Below are positions 26,956 through 36,288 of a DNA stretch of 64,000 nt, in pieces. Origin of the DNA: Planctomycetota bacterium. GTDB taxonomy: Bacteria > Planctomycetota > Planctomycetia > Pirellulales > PLA5. The notes beneath the pieces were generated by a model. The model did no database searches. It was given only the letters and a program-made list of their open reading frames with translations, and was not told where the DNA came from. The position numbers and the translations under genes are program-made. Every line of letters starts with the position of its first letter. The first letter of the stretch is position 1. The stretch lies in contig QEVJ01000010.1 in the NCBI GenBank assembly GCA_003576845.1, positions 706 to 64,705 on the forward strand, read 5' to 3'.

Positions 26956-29900
26956 ATGAGCACCCCGTTTTCTTACGACGAAGAGCGCACGCTGATCGCC
27001 GATCTGTTGACGCTGATCGCCCGACGAACGAAGGCGGAAGAGGAGTTAGTCCGCCGGTTCGAGAAGCGGAGCAAGGCGATCGAGGCCGAGTACCGCACAA
27101 GCCGGCAGCAGGTTACGGAAGAACACCAGAAGCACAAACGGCAGCTTCAGCAGGAATACGACGACGCCCGGCGGTCGCCGCTCGTCGAGTATCAGGCGAC
27201 GGAAACGGCGGCCCGCAAGGAATACGAGGCGGCGACGCGCGATACGAACGAGGAGATCGACGCGGCGGTCAAGGCAGCGCGGGCGAAGCACAAAGAAAAG
27301 CGGTGGGAGATCGCCACGCTCTTCGATACATCAAAGAATCAACCGGCGCAGCGCGAAGCGGCGGTCAAGAAGCGCGTGGCGGAAGCCAACAAGCAGATTG
27401 CCGAAACCGACGCGGCGGCGCAGAAAAAAATTGCCGAGCGAGCGCTCAAGATAACCGTTGCCGATCCGCCACCCGTTCCGCCCGCCGACGTTGCGGCCGC
27501 CCAGGCCAAGGTCGCCGAAAGCGTCGCCGCGGCGAAACAGATCGTCGCCCGCATCGACGCGATCCAGGCGGCGAAGTGGTGTACGGGCGGGATGCTGACG
27601 CTGGTGTTCTTTCTCGCGCTGGCGGTAACGGCCGGTCCCCTGGGATTTGCGCTGGGTTGGACGAACTTCGTGTGGCCGGTCGTCGCGTTGGTGCTGGCGA
27701 TGGCGGCGACCGTGGGCGTGTATGTCACGCTCAAGCCGCGCGCGGTCCGACAGGCGACCGAGGCCTACCAGGCGCTGCGGCAACTCGTCGTCGATGCGCA
27801 AGCGGCCGGCGCCCAATGGCAGACGGCTGCCGCGGCCGAACGCCAGCGCCAACAGGAAGAAGCCATCGCCAAGCGCGACGCGGCCATCGCCAAAGTCGAC
27901 CAGGAACTGCAAGCGACGCAACAAACTTCGAACGAAGATCGCCAGCGCCGCAATGCCGATGCGGAAGCTGCGCTCAAACCCAAGCTCGAAGCCGCCGAGA
28001 AGCGCCGCGACGAGCTGCTCGCCGCGGCGGAAGCAACGTATCCGCCCAAGCTCGTCGAATTCGACGCGACGTACCAGGCGGACATCGACCGCGTGGTCAA
28101 GCAACACGACGCCGACGTAGCCAAAAACGCGGCGGAGCGCGACCAGCTTCATAAGGACACGGTCGAGCGGTGGACGACCGGGATTGCCCGGTTCGAGCGG
28201 GGCGTCGGCGACTTGCGGCAAGCGAGCGACGAACTGTTCCTCGATTGGTCCAAGGCGGAGTTGGCGAAGTGGCTGCCGCCGCTTTCCGTGCCGCGGGGTT
28301 TGCGGTTCGGGCAGTTCGAGGTGAATCTTGCGCAGATTCGCGGCGGGATACCGGACGACGCGTCGCTGCGGCCGAAGCAAACGCGGTTTCAACTGCCCGC
28401 TTTGCTGCCGTTTCCCGAGCGCGGATCGGTCGTCATCAAGGCATCGGGCGAGGCGCGGTCGGCGGCGACCGCGGCGCTGCAAGCGGTGATGCTGCGGCTT
28501 TTGACGAGCGTTCCGCCGGGCAAGGTGCGGTTTACGATCGTCGACGCCCTGGGTTTGGGCGAGAACTTTTCGGCGTTCATGCACTTGGCCGACTACGACG
28601 AAGCGCTCGTGACGAGCCGCATCTGGACCGAGCCGGCGCACGTCGAGCAGCGTCTGGCCGACATCACCGAGCACATGGAGAACGTGATCCAGAAGTATCT
28701 GCGGAACGAGTACAAGACGCTCGAAGAATACAACCAGCAGGCGGGCGAAGTCGCCGAGCCGTATCGGTTTCTGGTCGTCGCGAATTTTCCGGCGGGCTTC
28801 AACGAGAATTCGCTCCGCCGCCTCGCGAGCATCGCCAGCGCCGGTCCGCGGTGCGGCGTGTTCACGCTCATCACGGTCGATACGAAGCAGGCGATGCCGG
28901 TCAACTTCCAACTGGCCGAGATCGAGCAATACGCGACGGTGCTCCGCTGGCAGGACGGGCGATTCCGCTGGAGTCACGCCGATTTCGAGAAACTTCCGCT
29001 GGAACTCGACGAGCCGCCGGCGGGCGAACGCTGCACGGAGATCGTCCGCGCCTGCGGTCAGGCGGCGAAGGAATCGAAGCGGGTCGAAGTACCCTTCGAG
29101 GTCGTCGCGCCGAAGCAGAACGCCTGGTGGACCGAATCGGCCGCCAAAGACCTCGAAGTGCCACTCGGGCGCGCGGGCGCGACGAGCTTGCAGAGCCTGA
29201 AGCTCGGCCGCGGCACGTCGCAGCACGTCCTCGTCGCCGGCAAAACGGGGTCGGGCAAGTCGACACTGCTCCATGCGCTCGTGGTCAACGCGGCGCTGCG
29301 GTTCAGTCCGCAGGAGGTCGAGTTCTATCTCATCGACTTCAAGAAGGGGGTCGAGTTCAAGGTTTACGCGACGCAACGCCTGCCGCACGCGCGGGTGATT
29401 GCGATCGAAAGCGAGCGGGAGTTCGGTTTGTCGGTGCTGGAGCGGCTCGACGGCGAACTCAAACGCCGCGGCGAGTTGTTCCGCGACGCCGGGGTGCAGG
29501 ACTTGCCGGGCTATCGGCAAGCGCGACCGGACGACGCCCTGCCGCGGACGCTTCTGGTCGTCGACGAGTTTCAGGAGTTGTTCGTCGAGGACGACAAGCT
29601 CGCGCAGGATTCGGCGCTGCTCTTGGATCGGCTCGTGCGGCAAGGGCGGGCATTCGGCATCCACGTGATTCTGGGTTCGCAGACGCTCGGCGGGGCGTAC
29701 TCGCTCGCCCGCACGACGCTCGGGCAGATGGCGGTGCGGATTGCGCTTCAGTGCAGCGAGGCGGACGCGCATTTGATCTTGAGCGAAGACAACACGGCCG
29801 CGCGGCTGTTGTCGCGGCCGGGCGAGGCGATCTACAACGACGCGAACGGGTTGCTCGAAGGGAATCATCCGTTCCAGGTCGTGTGGCTCGGCGACGATCG

Positions 29901-30897
29901 GCGCGAGCAGTATTTGCGGTCGCTCAATCGGCTGACGCAGGAGCGCGAGCTGGTCGTGCCGCCGCCGATCGTGTTCGAGGGGAACGTGGCGGCCGATCTG
30001 GCGCTCAATCCGATCTTGCGGAATTGGCTGGCGGCCGATGCGTGGCCGTCGCCGCCCGTCGCGCCGATCGCCTGGCTGGGGGCGGCGGTGGCGATCAAGG
30101 ACCCGACGGCGGCGGTGCTGCGGCGACAGAGCGGTGCGAACGTGCTCGCCGTGGGCCAGCAACCGCAAGCGGCGCTGGGCATTCTCGCGTCGAGCTTGAT
30201 TAGTCTTGCGGCGCAATATCCGCCGCATGGCGAAGGGGCCGCGGCCGCGAGGTTTTACATTCTCGACGGCACGCCGGCCGATTCGCCGGATTACGGGGCG
30301 CTCGGCAAGCTGGCGGGGCAGTTGCCGCACAACATTACGGTCGTCGCTCCGCGCGATTTGGCGGCGGCGATGGCGGAGATTGACGCCGTGGTGACGGAGC
30401 GGGAGAAGGATCGGCCCGAGGAAGCGCCGCCGGTGTTCGTGCTCATTTACGATCTTGGGCGGCTGCGCGATTTGCGGAAGGCGGACGATGACTTTGGGTT
30501 TTCGTCGTTCGGGAGCGAACCGAAGGCGGCCAGTCCGTCAAAGCTGTTCACGCACGTTTTGCGGGAAGGCCCGGCGGTGGGCGTGCATTCGCTGATCTGG
30601 TGCGACACGTACAACAACGTGACGCGGACGCTGGATCGGCATGCGCTCAAGGACTTCGAGATTCGCGTGCTGTTCGCGATGACGGGAGTCGATTCGAGCA
30701 ACCTGATCGACTCGGCGGCGGCGAGCAAGCTGGGGCCGCACCGGGCGCTGCTCTACACGGAAGAACAAGGCCGGCTCGAAAAGTTCCGGCCGTACGGCTG
30801 GCCGGCGGCGGAGTTGCTCGCGTCGGTGGTTGGACAGTTTTCGCAGCGCGGGGAAGAATCTCCGGCGGAAATTGGGGCGGCGGAACCGGAGGCGTAG
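26956..30897 (+). CDS. Membrane-anchored FtsK/SpoIIIE-family ATPase with long coiled coils and three P-loop-like domains (one canonical)
   Basis: 1313 aa. Coiled coil spans residues 1-205. TM hairpin from about W208 to L258 (nt ~27577-27730). A second coiled coil follows. Walker A 'GKTGSGKST' at residues 762-770 (nt 29239-29265). Walker B 'LLVVDEF' at residues 866-872 (nt 29551-29571). Flanking FtsK-like domains lack a Walker A ('RFTIVDALGLGENF...YRFLVVANFP' and 'ARFYILDG...VFVLIYDLGRL'). Confidence 0.85.
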   Translation: MSTPFSYDEERTLIADLLTLIARRTKAEEELVRRFEKRSKAIEAEYRTSRQQVTEEHQKHKRQLQQEYDDARRSPLVEYQATETAARKEYEAATRDTNEEIDAAVKAARAKHKEKRWEIATLFDTSKNQPAQREAAVKKRVAEANKQIAETDAAAQKKIAERALKITVADPPPVPPADVAAAQAKVAESVAAAKQIVARIDAIQAAKWCTGGMLTLVFFLALAVTAGPLGFALGWTNFVWPVVALVLAMAATVGVYVTLKPRAVRQATEAYQALRQLVVDAQAAGAQWQTAAAAERQRQQEEAIAKRDAAIAKVDQELQATQQTSNEDRQRRNADAEAALKPKLEAAEKRRDELLAAAEATYPPKLVEFDATYQADIDRVVKQHDADVAKNAAERDQLHKDTVERWTTGIARFERGVGDLRQASDELFLDWSKAELAKWLPPLSVPRGLRFGQFEVNLAQIRGGIPDDASLRPKQTRFQLPALLPFPERGSVVIKASGEARSAATAALQAVMLRLLTSVPPGKVRFTIVDALGLGENFSAFMHLADYDEALVTSRIWTEPAHVEQRLADITEHMENVIQKYLRNEYKTLEEYNQQAGEVAEPYRFLVVANFPAGFNENSLRRLASIASAGPRCGVFTLITVDTKQAMPVNFQLAEIEQYATVLRWQDGRFRWSHADFEKLPLELDEPPAGERCTEIVRACGQAAKESKRVEVPFEVVAPKQNAWWTESAAKDLEVPLGRAGATSLQSLKLGRGTSQHVLVAGKTGSGKSTLLHALVVNAALRFSPQEVEFYLIDFKKGVEFKVYATQRLPHARVIAIESEREFGLSVLERLDGELKRRGELFRDAGVQDLPGYRQARPDDALPRTLLVVDEFQELFVEDDKLAQDSALLLDRLVRQGRAFGIHVILGSQTLGGAYSLARTTLGQMAVRIALQCSEADAHLILSEDNTAARLLSRPGEAIYNDANGLLEGNHPFQVVWLGDDRREQYLRSLNRLTQERELVVPPPIVFEGNVAADLALNPILRNWLAADAWPSPPVAPIAWLGAAVAIKDPTAAVLRRQSGANVLAVGQQPQAALGILASSLISLAAQYPPHGEGAAAARFYILDGTPADSPDYGALGKLAGQLPHNITVVAPRDLAAAMAEIDAVVTEREKDRPEEAPPVFVLIYDLGRLRDLRKADDDFGFSSFGSEPKAASPSKLFTHVLREGPAVGVHSLIWCDTYNNVTRTLDRHALKDFEIRVLFAMTGVDSSNLIDSAAASKLGPHRALLYTEEQGRLEKFRPYGWPAAELLASVVGQFSQRGEESPAEIGAAEPEA

Positions 30898-31014
30898 GTC
30901 AGGCACTCCTGTGCCTGATGGAATTGTCGTACGACGCTCAATTCGGGTTTCGGCGCGTTTATCGACGCCGAGTCCAAGCACATCGTCCGTCAGGCACGGG
31001 AGTGCCTTACCTAT
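30894..31014. repeat. Paired-hairpin REP-like element (TCAGGCAC-type)
   Basis: Arm 30894-30921 is gtaggtcaggcactcctgtgcctgatgg and contains the self-palindrome tcaggcac/gtgcctga. Arm 30987-31014 is ccgtcaggcacgggagtgccttacctat, about 24 of 28 reverse-complementary. The element starts at the stop codon of the FtsK-like gene. Confidence 0.8.
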
Positions 31015-31020
31015 GGCTAG

Positions 31021-31239
31021 CTAACGCTTCAACTTCACGACGTCGGTTCTCGACGGCACGTATTCCCCCGACTTCTGGTCGTAAAGTAGGTGTGTGATCT
31101 CGGTGACATTCCCCTCCTCGTCGTGTTTGCATCGGACGTATTGTGTGCTCTGGATCGGCGTCATGGGAAGCATTCGCTCGACACAGCGACATCCAACAGT
31201 TGGAAGGAGCGCGACAAAGAAGACTAATTTGCGCCACAT
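31021..31239 (-). CDS. Small putative lipoprotein
   Basis: ATG 31239-31237 gives MWRKLVFFVALLPTVGC, a signal with Cys. 72 aa. Locally lower GC. No recognisable family. Confidence 0.4.
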   Translation of the reverse strand: MWRKLVFFVALLPTVGCRCVERMLPMTPIQSTQYVRCKHDEEGNVTEITHLLYDQKSGEYVPSRTDVVKLKR

Positions 31240-31402
31240 GGGAGGTCTCAAGCGCGGATGGTACTGGCGGGCTCCGAGACGATCAAGTCCAGCCTACTGA
31301 ACAAACGCACTCATGCAAGTGCCCGTTCGCCGACCCAATTGGCGAGAGAGGTCGCGTTCGGCATAATCGGCGGTGCGTCGCCGAGTTGGTCGGCGTGTTT
31401 GC

Positions 31403-31426
31403 GGACGGACTTCAAGTCCGTCCTAC
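31403..31426. repeat. Solo palindromic unit GGACGGACTT-CAAGTCCGTCC
   Basis: ggacggacttcaagtccgtcc is a palindrome, about 35 nt upstream of the fhcD ATG. A degenerate copy gtaggacggacttgaagtctgccc lies at 13510-13533. Confidence 0.75.
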
Positions 31427-31459
31427 GTGTCCTTGATTCTCGCCAGCCACTATTGCTCC

Positions 31460-32374
31460 ATGCCCGCCATCGTCGACGACACTTACGCCGAAGCGTTTCG
31501 CAGCATCTATGTCGAGTTTTTGATCACGGCCCGCGATCGGCGGTGGGTCGAGCATGCGGTGGCGGCGGCGACGGGGAACGCTTCGAGCACGATTCTTTGC
31601 GACTGCGAAGCGGGCGTCGATCGGTATGTCGGTCCGGGCGGAGATGAATCGGCAGCGACGCCGGATGGTCGGCCGGGGGCGATCGTGCAGCTTCATATTC
31701 CGCGGTTTCGCAAGGATCGCGTGCGGGCGCTCGAGATGGCGGCGCTTACGCGGATTAGCCAGAACGTGCTCACGTGTCCCACGGCGGCGTGTTTCAATCT
31801 GATCGACTCGGCGGACTTCTTTCGCATGGGGCGGAAGGTCGCTTTCTTCGGCGACGGGTTTCAGCGGCGCGTCGAGCGGTTCGGGCGGAAGATGTGGTGG
31901 ATCCCGATGCTCGGCGGCGAGTTTCTGATCGACCGGCGGCTGGGATATGCCGAGGGGCTGATGGGCGGGAATCTGTGGTACTTCGGCGAGTCGGTCGACG
32001 CGGCGCTTGCGGCGGCGGAGCGCGGCGTGGCGGCGATCGCCCGATGCCCGGGCGTTATCATGCCGTTTCCGGGCGGCATCGCGGGGAGCGGCTCGAAGGC
32101 GGGAAGCAAATATGCGTTCTCGATCGCCAGCACGTACGAAAAGTATTGCCCGCTGCTCCGCGACGATCCGCGGGCCGAGTCGCAATTGCCCGCGGGCGTG
32201 CAGTCGGTGATGGAGATCATCATCAACGGGCGGAGTCTGGATGCGATCGCCGAAGCGACGCAGGCGGCGATTCGGGCGTCGGTCGACACGCCGGGCTTGG
32301 TGCGCATCTCGGCGGGTAACTATGGCGGGCGGCTGGGGAAGAGTTTCGTTTATTTGCGGCCGCGTGCCGGGTAG
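31460..32374 (+). CDS. fhcD: Formylmethanofuran--tetrahydromethanopterin N-formyltransferase
   Basis: ATG 31460 gives 'MPAIVDDTYAEAFRSIYVEFLITA', an Ftr-type N-terminus. 'PMLGGEFLI', 'GGNLWYFG', 'PFPGGIAGSGSKAGSKY' and 'EIIINGRS' are consistent with Ftr/FhcD. Confidence 0.8.
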   Translation: MPAIVDDTYAEAFRSIYVEFLITARDRRWVEHAVAAATGNASSTILCDCEAGVDRYVGPGGDESAATPDGRPGAIVQLHIPRFRKDRVRALEMAALTRISQNVLTCPTAACFNLIDSADFFRMGRKVAFFGDGFQRRVERFGRKMWWIPMLGGEFLIDRRLGYAEGLMGGNLWYFGESVDAALAAAERGVAAIARCPGVIMPFPGGIAGSGSKAGSKYAFSIASTYEKYCPLLRDDPRAESQLPAGVQSVMEIIINGRSLDAIAEATQAAIRASVDTPGLVRISAGNYGGRLGKSFVYLRPRAG

Positions 32375-32445
32375 TGGGCAGAAAAAAGTGGGCAGTGGAC
32401 AGTGAACCGTGGGCAGGCAATCTGCCCGCTGTTCACTGCCCATTA
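32374..32445. repeat. GTGGGCAG-type short-repeat hairpin immediately after fhcD
   Basis: gtgggcag occurs 3 times in direct orientation. An inverted part follows: cagtgaaccgtgggcag-gcaat-ctgcccgctgttcactg. Confidence 0.75.
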
Positions 32446-32611
32446 TGCGCTGCATTCGCTGCTGGCATGGACTGCCCGGAAGACTCTTCGTGACCGGCAA
32501 ACTTCCCGCATTTCGTCGATTTTCTCGAATCGACTGAACCGGCAAGGTTTGCGTGGCCGATAAACGCGGCGCAGAAACCCGACCGTCTACCCATGCATCA
32601 GGAAGATAGGC

Positions 32612-35284
32612 ATGTCGCGTAAACTAGGAATCCTGGCGGGCGTATTGGCGAGCGGCTTGGGCGTGGCCGCGATCGTGAATGCCCAAAACGCGCGCCAAAC
32701 GCGGACGCCGTCGCTTTCGGACCGCCTGAGCCAGATTCGCGATCAACTGGTCGGCGAAGACGACGGCGCGGACGAGTCGCGGGCTGCGCCGGCGACGAAT
32801 CAGCGCCCCCCGACGGATTGGTCGGCGGGCCGCAAGTTCGGCGCGCCGAGCCGGCCGCGGGTGGCCGAAGAGGAATTGCCGGCCGCTCCGCGACATAATG
32901 TCCCAGCGCCGGCATACGCGAACGAGAACCAGGCGCAACGCCGCGCGGGGAACTCGGCTGTCGCGCCGCGCACGGCGACGCCCAACCGAGCGGCAAGCGA
33001 GGCGCCTGCTCGCAAGCCCGCCAGCACCTACGCGCTTCGCCCCGATGCAACGCGCGAGCCGAACAACGGGGCGGTTGCCGAAAGGGCGCCGGTGGAATCG
33101 ACCGCCGCGCCGCCGGCGATGAGCATGCCGAACACATCAGCGCCCACCTTAGCGCCGCGGGCCGTTGCACCTGGCGTCGCGACGGACAGCCCGCTGCGAA
33201 ACCGCTTGCAGGCACTTCGCGAAGAGCGCTTCGACGAAGCCGTGAGCGGCGACTCCGATTTGACCGCCCGATCAGCGCCCGCGACCAAGGAATCTTTGGC
33301 GATCAAACCAGACACGACGACGGCCGCCGACGCACAGTGGCGTTCGGCCGCGCCGGCGACGAAAGTGGAAGCGCCCTCCGCCGAAACGCCAGCCGCACCG
33401 GCGACGGCTTCGCGGTATCGCGAGGATCGGCCCCTGGTCGCCAAGACGGATGCCGCCGCGGCGGATTCACCCGCGTCGTCGACACCGGCGACCGCCACGA
33501 CCAAGACGCCCGCGGCTCCTAGCGGCGCGGGCCGTTACGCTAACGACCGCGCAGGCTCCGCGCCGAATGCGTCGGCCGCGGAAAGCACGACGCGCGAAGC
33601 GCCCGCATACGTCGCTCGCCGCGACGCCGTTCGCCCGAGCTATCGCGAAATCGCTCCCGGCGCCGCGAAGTCCGTTGAGTCGCCAAAGTCGACGAACGGC
33701 GATCCGTCGGAGAGCGAGAAAGGGGCTTTGCTCGCCAGCAAGAGCCCGATCTTGAGCGTCAAGACGGTCGGCCCACGGACGGTGACCATTGGCAAACCGG
33801 CGAAGTACGAGTTGCTGCTGGAAAACAGCGGCGACGCAGCGGCGAACGAAGTGGTCGTGACGGTGAAGCTGCCCGCGTGGGCGCAAATCGAAGGCGCGCA
33901 AGCGACGGCGGGGGCGGCGAAGGTCGCCGGCAAGAAGGGCGAGGGCGAAGCGAACGACGGCCTGCAATGGCGGGTGAGCCGTCTCGACGCCGGCGGCAAA
34001 CAGCGGCTCGTCATGCACGTCGTGCCGAAGCAGAGCACGCCGTTTCAACTCGCCGTGCAGTGGACGTTCGAGCCGGAAGTGGCCAAGACGGTCGTCGAAG
34101 TGCAGGAGCCGAAGCTGCAAATCGCCCTCGACGGGCCGAAGGAAATGCTCTACGGCGCGAAGGAAGCATATCGCATCACGATCTCCAATCCGGGCACGGG
34201 CGACGCGGAGAACGTCGCCGTGTTGACCAGCGGCGCCTCGCCCGCCGAGGGCATGAACAAGCTCGCCGTGGGCACGCTGGCCGCCGGCGCGACGAAAACG
34301 CTCGAACTCCACATCGCCGCCACGCAGGCCGGCACGCTGCACATCGCCGCGAAGGCCACCGCCGACGGGAATCTTTCGTCGCAGGCGGCCGCGGACGTGC
34401 TCGTGCGGCGTGCGGCGCTCAAGCTCGCGGCCGGCGGGCCGAAAGCGAACTACGCGGGCACGCAGGCCGCTTATGAAGTTCGCGTGGCCAACCCGGGCAA
34501 CGCGACCGCGGAGAACGTCCGCGTGGAAGCGACGCTGCCGATCGGGGCGAAGTTCGACAAGTGCTCGGCCGGCGGCGCGCCCGCTTCGGACGGCACGAAA
34601 GTCGTCTGGACCGTGCCCTCGCTCGCGGCGGGCAGCGAACGGGCGTTCGAGCTGACCTGCACGCTGATGGCGGCCGGCGCGAATCGCTTGCAAGTCGCGG
34701 CGGCGGCGCAAGGCCAGCTTTCCGATACGGCCGAAGTCGCCACGCGGGTCGAAGCGCTCGCCGATCTGAAGATGGAAGTCGCCGATCCGCGCGGACCGGT
34801 CGCCGTCGGCGCGGACGCCGTGTATGAAGTCCGCATCCGCAACCGCGGCACGAAGACGGCCGAGCGGATCAACGTCGTCGGGTTCTTCTCCGAGGGCGTC
34901 GAACCAGTCTCGGCGACGGGCATCAAGTATACGATCGAGACGGGGCAAATCACGTTTGAGACAATCGACGCCCTCGATCCAAACGAGGAGTTGCTCGTGA
35001 AGGTCACCGCCCGGGCGTCGGCCGCCGGCAATCACCTGTTCCGGGCGGAACTCGTATGCGAGAGCACGGAAACGCGGCTGGTCGTCGAAGAGACGACGAA
35101 GTTCTACGCGGACGGGCCGGTCAAGCCGGCGGCGTATCTCGAAGAGGCCGGCGACGGCGGCGCGGAAGGCGCGGTCGAACACGCCGGCGGGGCGGCGGCG
35201 AGCGACGACGACGCGATGCCGGGTTTCATTCCGCCGGCCGACGGCGAAGACGAGTTGCAGCCGCTCAATTTGCTCGACAAATGA
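32612..35284 (+). CDS. Secreted protein: long Ala/Pro-rich low-complexity region followed by DUF11/CARDB-like repeat domains
   Basis: ATG 32612. N-terminus MSRKLGILAGVLASGLGVAAIVNA looks like a signal peptide. About 350 aa are A/P/S/T-rich. Repeated units follow, such as 'GPRTVTIGKPAKYELLLENSGDAAANEVVVTVKLP', 'YRITISNPGTGDAENVAV', 'YEVRVANPGNATAENVRV' and 'YEVRIRNRGTKTAERINV'. Confidence 0.8.
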   Translation: MSRKLGILAGVLASGLGVAAIVNAQNARQTRTPSLSDRLSQIRDQLVGEDDGADESRAAPATNQRPPTDWSAGRKFGAPSRPRVAEEELPAAPRHNVPAPAYANENQAQRRAGNSAVAPRTATPNRAASEAPARKPASTYALRPDATREPNNGAVAERAPVESTAAPPAMSMPNTSAPTLAPRAVAPGVATDSPLRNRLQALREERFDEAVSGDSDLTARSAPATKESLAIKPDTTTAADAQWRSAAPATKVEAPSAETPAAPATASRYREDRPLVAKTDAAAADSPASSTPATATTKTPAAPSGAGRYANDRAGSAPNASAAESTTREAPAYVARRDAVRPSYREIAPGAAKSVESPKSTNGDPSESEKGALLASKSPILSVKTVGPRTVTIGKPAKYELLLENSGDAAANEVVVTVKLPAWAQIEGAQATAGAAKVAGKKGEGEANDGLQWRVSRLDAGGKQRLVMHVVPKQSTPFQLAVQWTFEPEVAKTVVEVQEPKLQIALDGPKEMLYGAKEAYRITISNPGTGDAENVAVLTSGASPAEGMNKLAVGTLAAGATKTLELHIAATQAGTLHIAAKATADGNLSSQAAADVLVRRAALKLAAGGPKANYAGTQAAYEVRVANPGNATAENVRVEATLPIGAKFDKCSAGGAPASDGTKVVWTVPSLAAGSERAFELTCTLMAAGANRLQVAAAAQGQLSDTAEVATRVEALADLKMEVADPRGPVAVGADAVYEVRIRNRGTKTAERINVVGFFSEGVEPVSATGIKYTIETGQITFETIDALDPNEELLVKVTARASAAGNHLFRAELVCESTETRLVVEETTKFYADGPVKPAAYLEEAGDGGAEGAVEHAGGAAASDDDAMPGFIPPADGEDELQPLNLLDK

Positions 35285-35325
35285 CAACTGGGAATGGGCA
35301 AGTATCTGCGAACCTCAGCAATTGC

Positions 35326-36288
35326 TCATTCCTGCGAATCGAGATTGCCGAGTTCGCTCCCACGAGGCTGGTCAATCGCAAGCAGACGCCATTGGACGTC
35401 CTCGGTGCCGGTAGAGTACTTAATTGTCGTTATCTTCCGAAGCGTCGCCGTGCAGCGAGCGGGCAGTTGCACCCGGTGGTCCTCATCGATGATCTCTGGG
35501 TCAAATAATCCGCGGATCAGCGGAAGATTCTTTCGTTTGAGCTTGAACTTGCTCGTTTCCACGTCGGCGGCAATGAGCTTTCCTTCTACCGTGACCGTTT
35601 GTTCGGTTACGGTGCTTGTCTCGTCAATCACTTTCCTGAGATGTGCCAACTCTCGCGGCTGAACAAACAAGGTTCCCTTGACCCGGCCGCCATGCCGCCA
35701 TTCGATTTCTGCGCCCAAGCCGTTATTGGCGTTACCAGCAGCCCACTCATAAAGCGCATTTATCGGACCAGGGCCAAGCCGATGAGCATGGTGCAGAACT
35801 TCGGAAGGATTCTTTGACTTGCTCATCGAGAAAACCGTGCTGATTGTGTCATCAAGGCCGGTCTCGAAAAGTTCTTGCGCGTTTCGGATGGTGAGCATAA
35901 TTCCGACAGAACCGTGAAAGCCAAATCCGAAATCGAACGCGGTCTCTCTAGCTACATGCTCTGGAATTGTCGCTCGTTGCTTGTAACCATGTTGCAGCGC
36001 TCCGTAGACGACTGATATGAGCCGCTGGAATTCCGCGATTGCACCAAACGCGGCAGCAGCCTTCGGTCGCTCGTATTCATCAAACGCGCGATACTGGCAA
36101 ACGTCGTGGCCAATCATCGCGGCCGCTTCAACGAATTGCTCCCTCAGCTTTTCTTGCAATCTGACTGCAGAATCGAGGTTCGCCGATATCGAAGGTAGCT
36201 CTGGGTGCTCGGCGAGAGCGCGCTCAAGGTGCAATACGCGAGCATCGGCACTTTCGATTTGTTTCTGTATTTCGAGCAATTGACTCAT
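35326..36288 (-). CDS. Hypothetical 320-aa protein (N-terminal coiled coil), partner of the upstream nucleotidyltransferase gene
   Basis: ATG 36288-36286 overlaps the stop of the upstream gene (ATGA). About 52% GC, against ~70% in the flanks. I recognise no family. Contains 'KQRATIPEHV' (R-x5-H). Confidence 0.7.
   Translation of the reverse strand: MSQLLEIQKQIESADARVLHLERALAEHPELPSISANLDSAVRLQEKLREQFVEAAAMIGHDVCQYRAFDEYERPKAAAAFGAIAEFQRLISVVYGALQHGYKQRATIPEHVARETAFDFGFGFHGSVGIMLTIRNAQELFETGLDDTISTVFSMSKSKNPSEVLHHAHRLGPGPINALYEWAAGNANNGLGAEIEWRHGGRVKGTLFVQPRELAHLRKVIDETSTVTEQTVTVEGKLIAADVETSKFKLKRKNLPLIRGLFDPEIIDEDHRVQLPARCTATLRKITTIKYSTGTEDVQWRLLAIDQPRGSELGNLDSQE

Noticed and set aside
27331-30330. 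999-aa antisense ORF opposite the FtsK-like gene. Similar long shadow ORFs occur at 1413-3260(+), 4688-6073(-), 5572-7587(+), 8732-9928(-), 18977-20824(-), 23759-25657(-), 40609-41808(+), 50685-52919(+), 55961-58762(-) and 60371-62050(+).
   Set aside because: Their composition is extremely Arg/Ala/Gly/Pro-rich, typical of out-of-frame translation of high-GC DNA. Each overlaps a frame that carries clear family motifs. None has a recognisable domain.
26956-30897. Annotating the 1313-aa protein as the housekeeping DNA translocase FtsK
   Set aside because: It lacks a 4-TM N-terminal domain and a C-terminal gamma/winged-helix segment. It has two additional degenerate P-loop domains and about 375 aa of coiled coil. 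The generic 'FtsK/SpoIIIE-family' call is kept instead.
31373-31459. Upstream GTG-type start for fhcD (ORF track start 31373)
   Set aside because: The extension runs through the GGACGGACTT palindrome and is Arg-rich. Ftr-type homology begins at MPAIVDDTYAEAF (ATG 31460).
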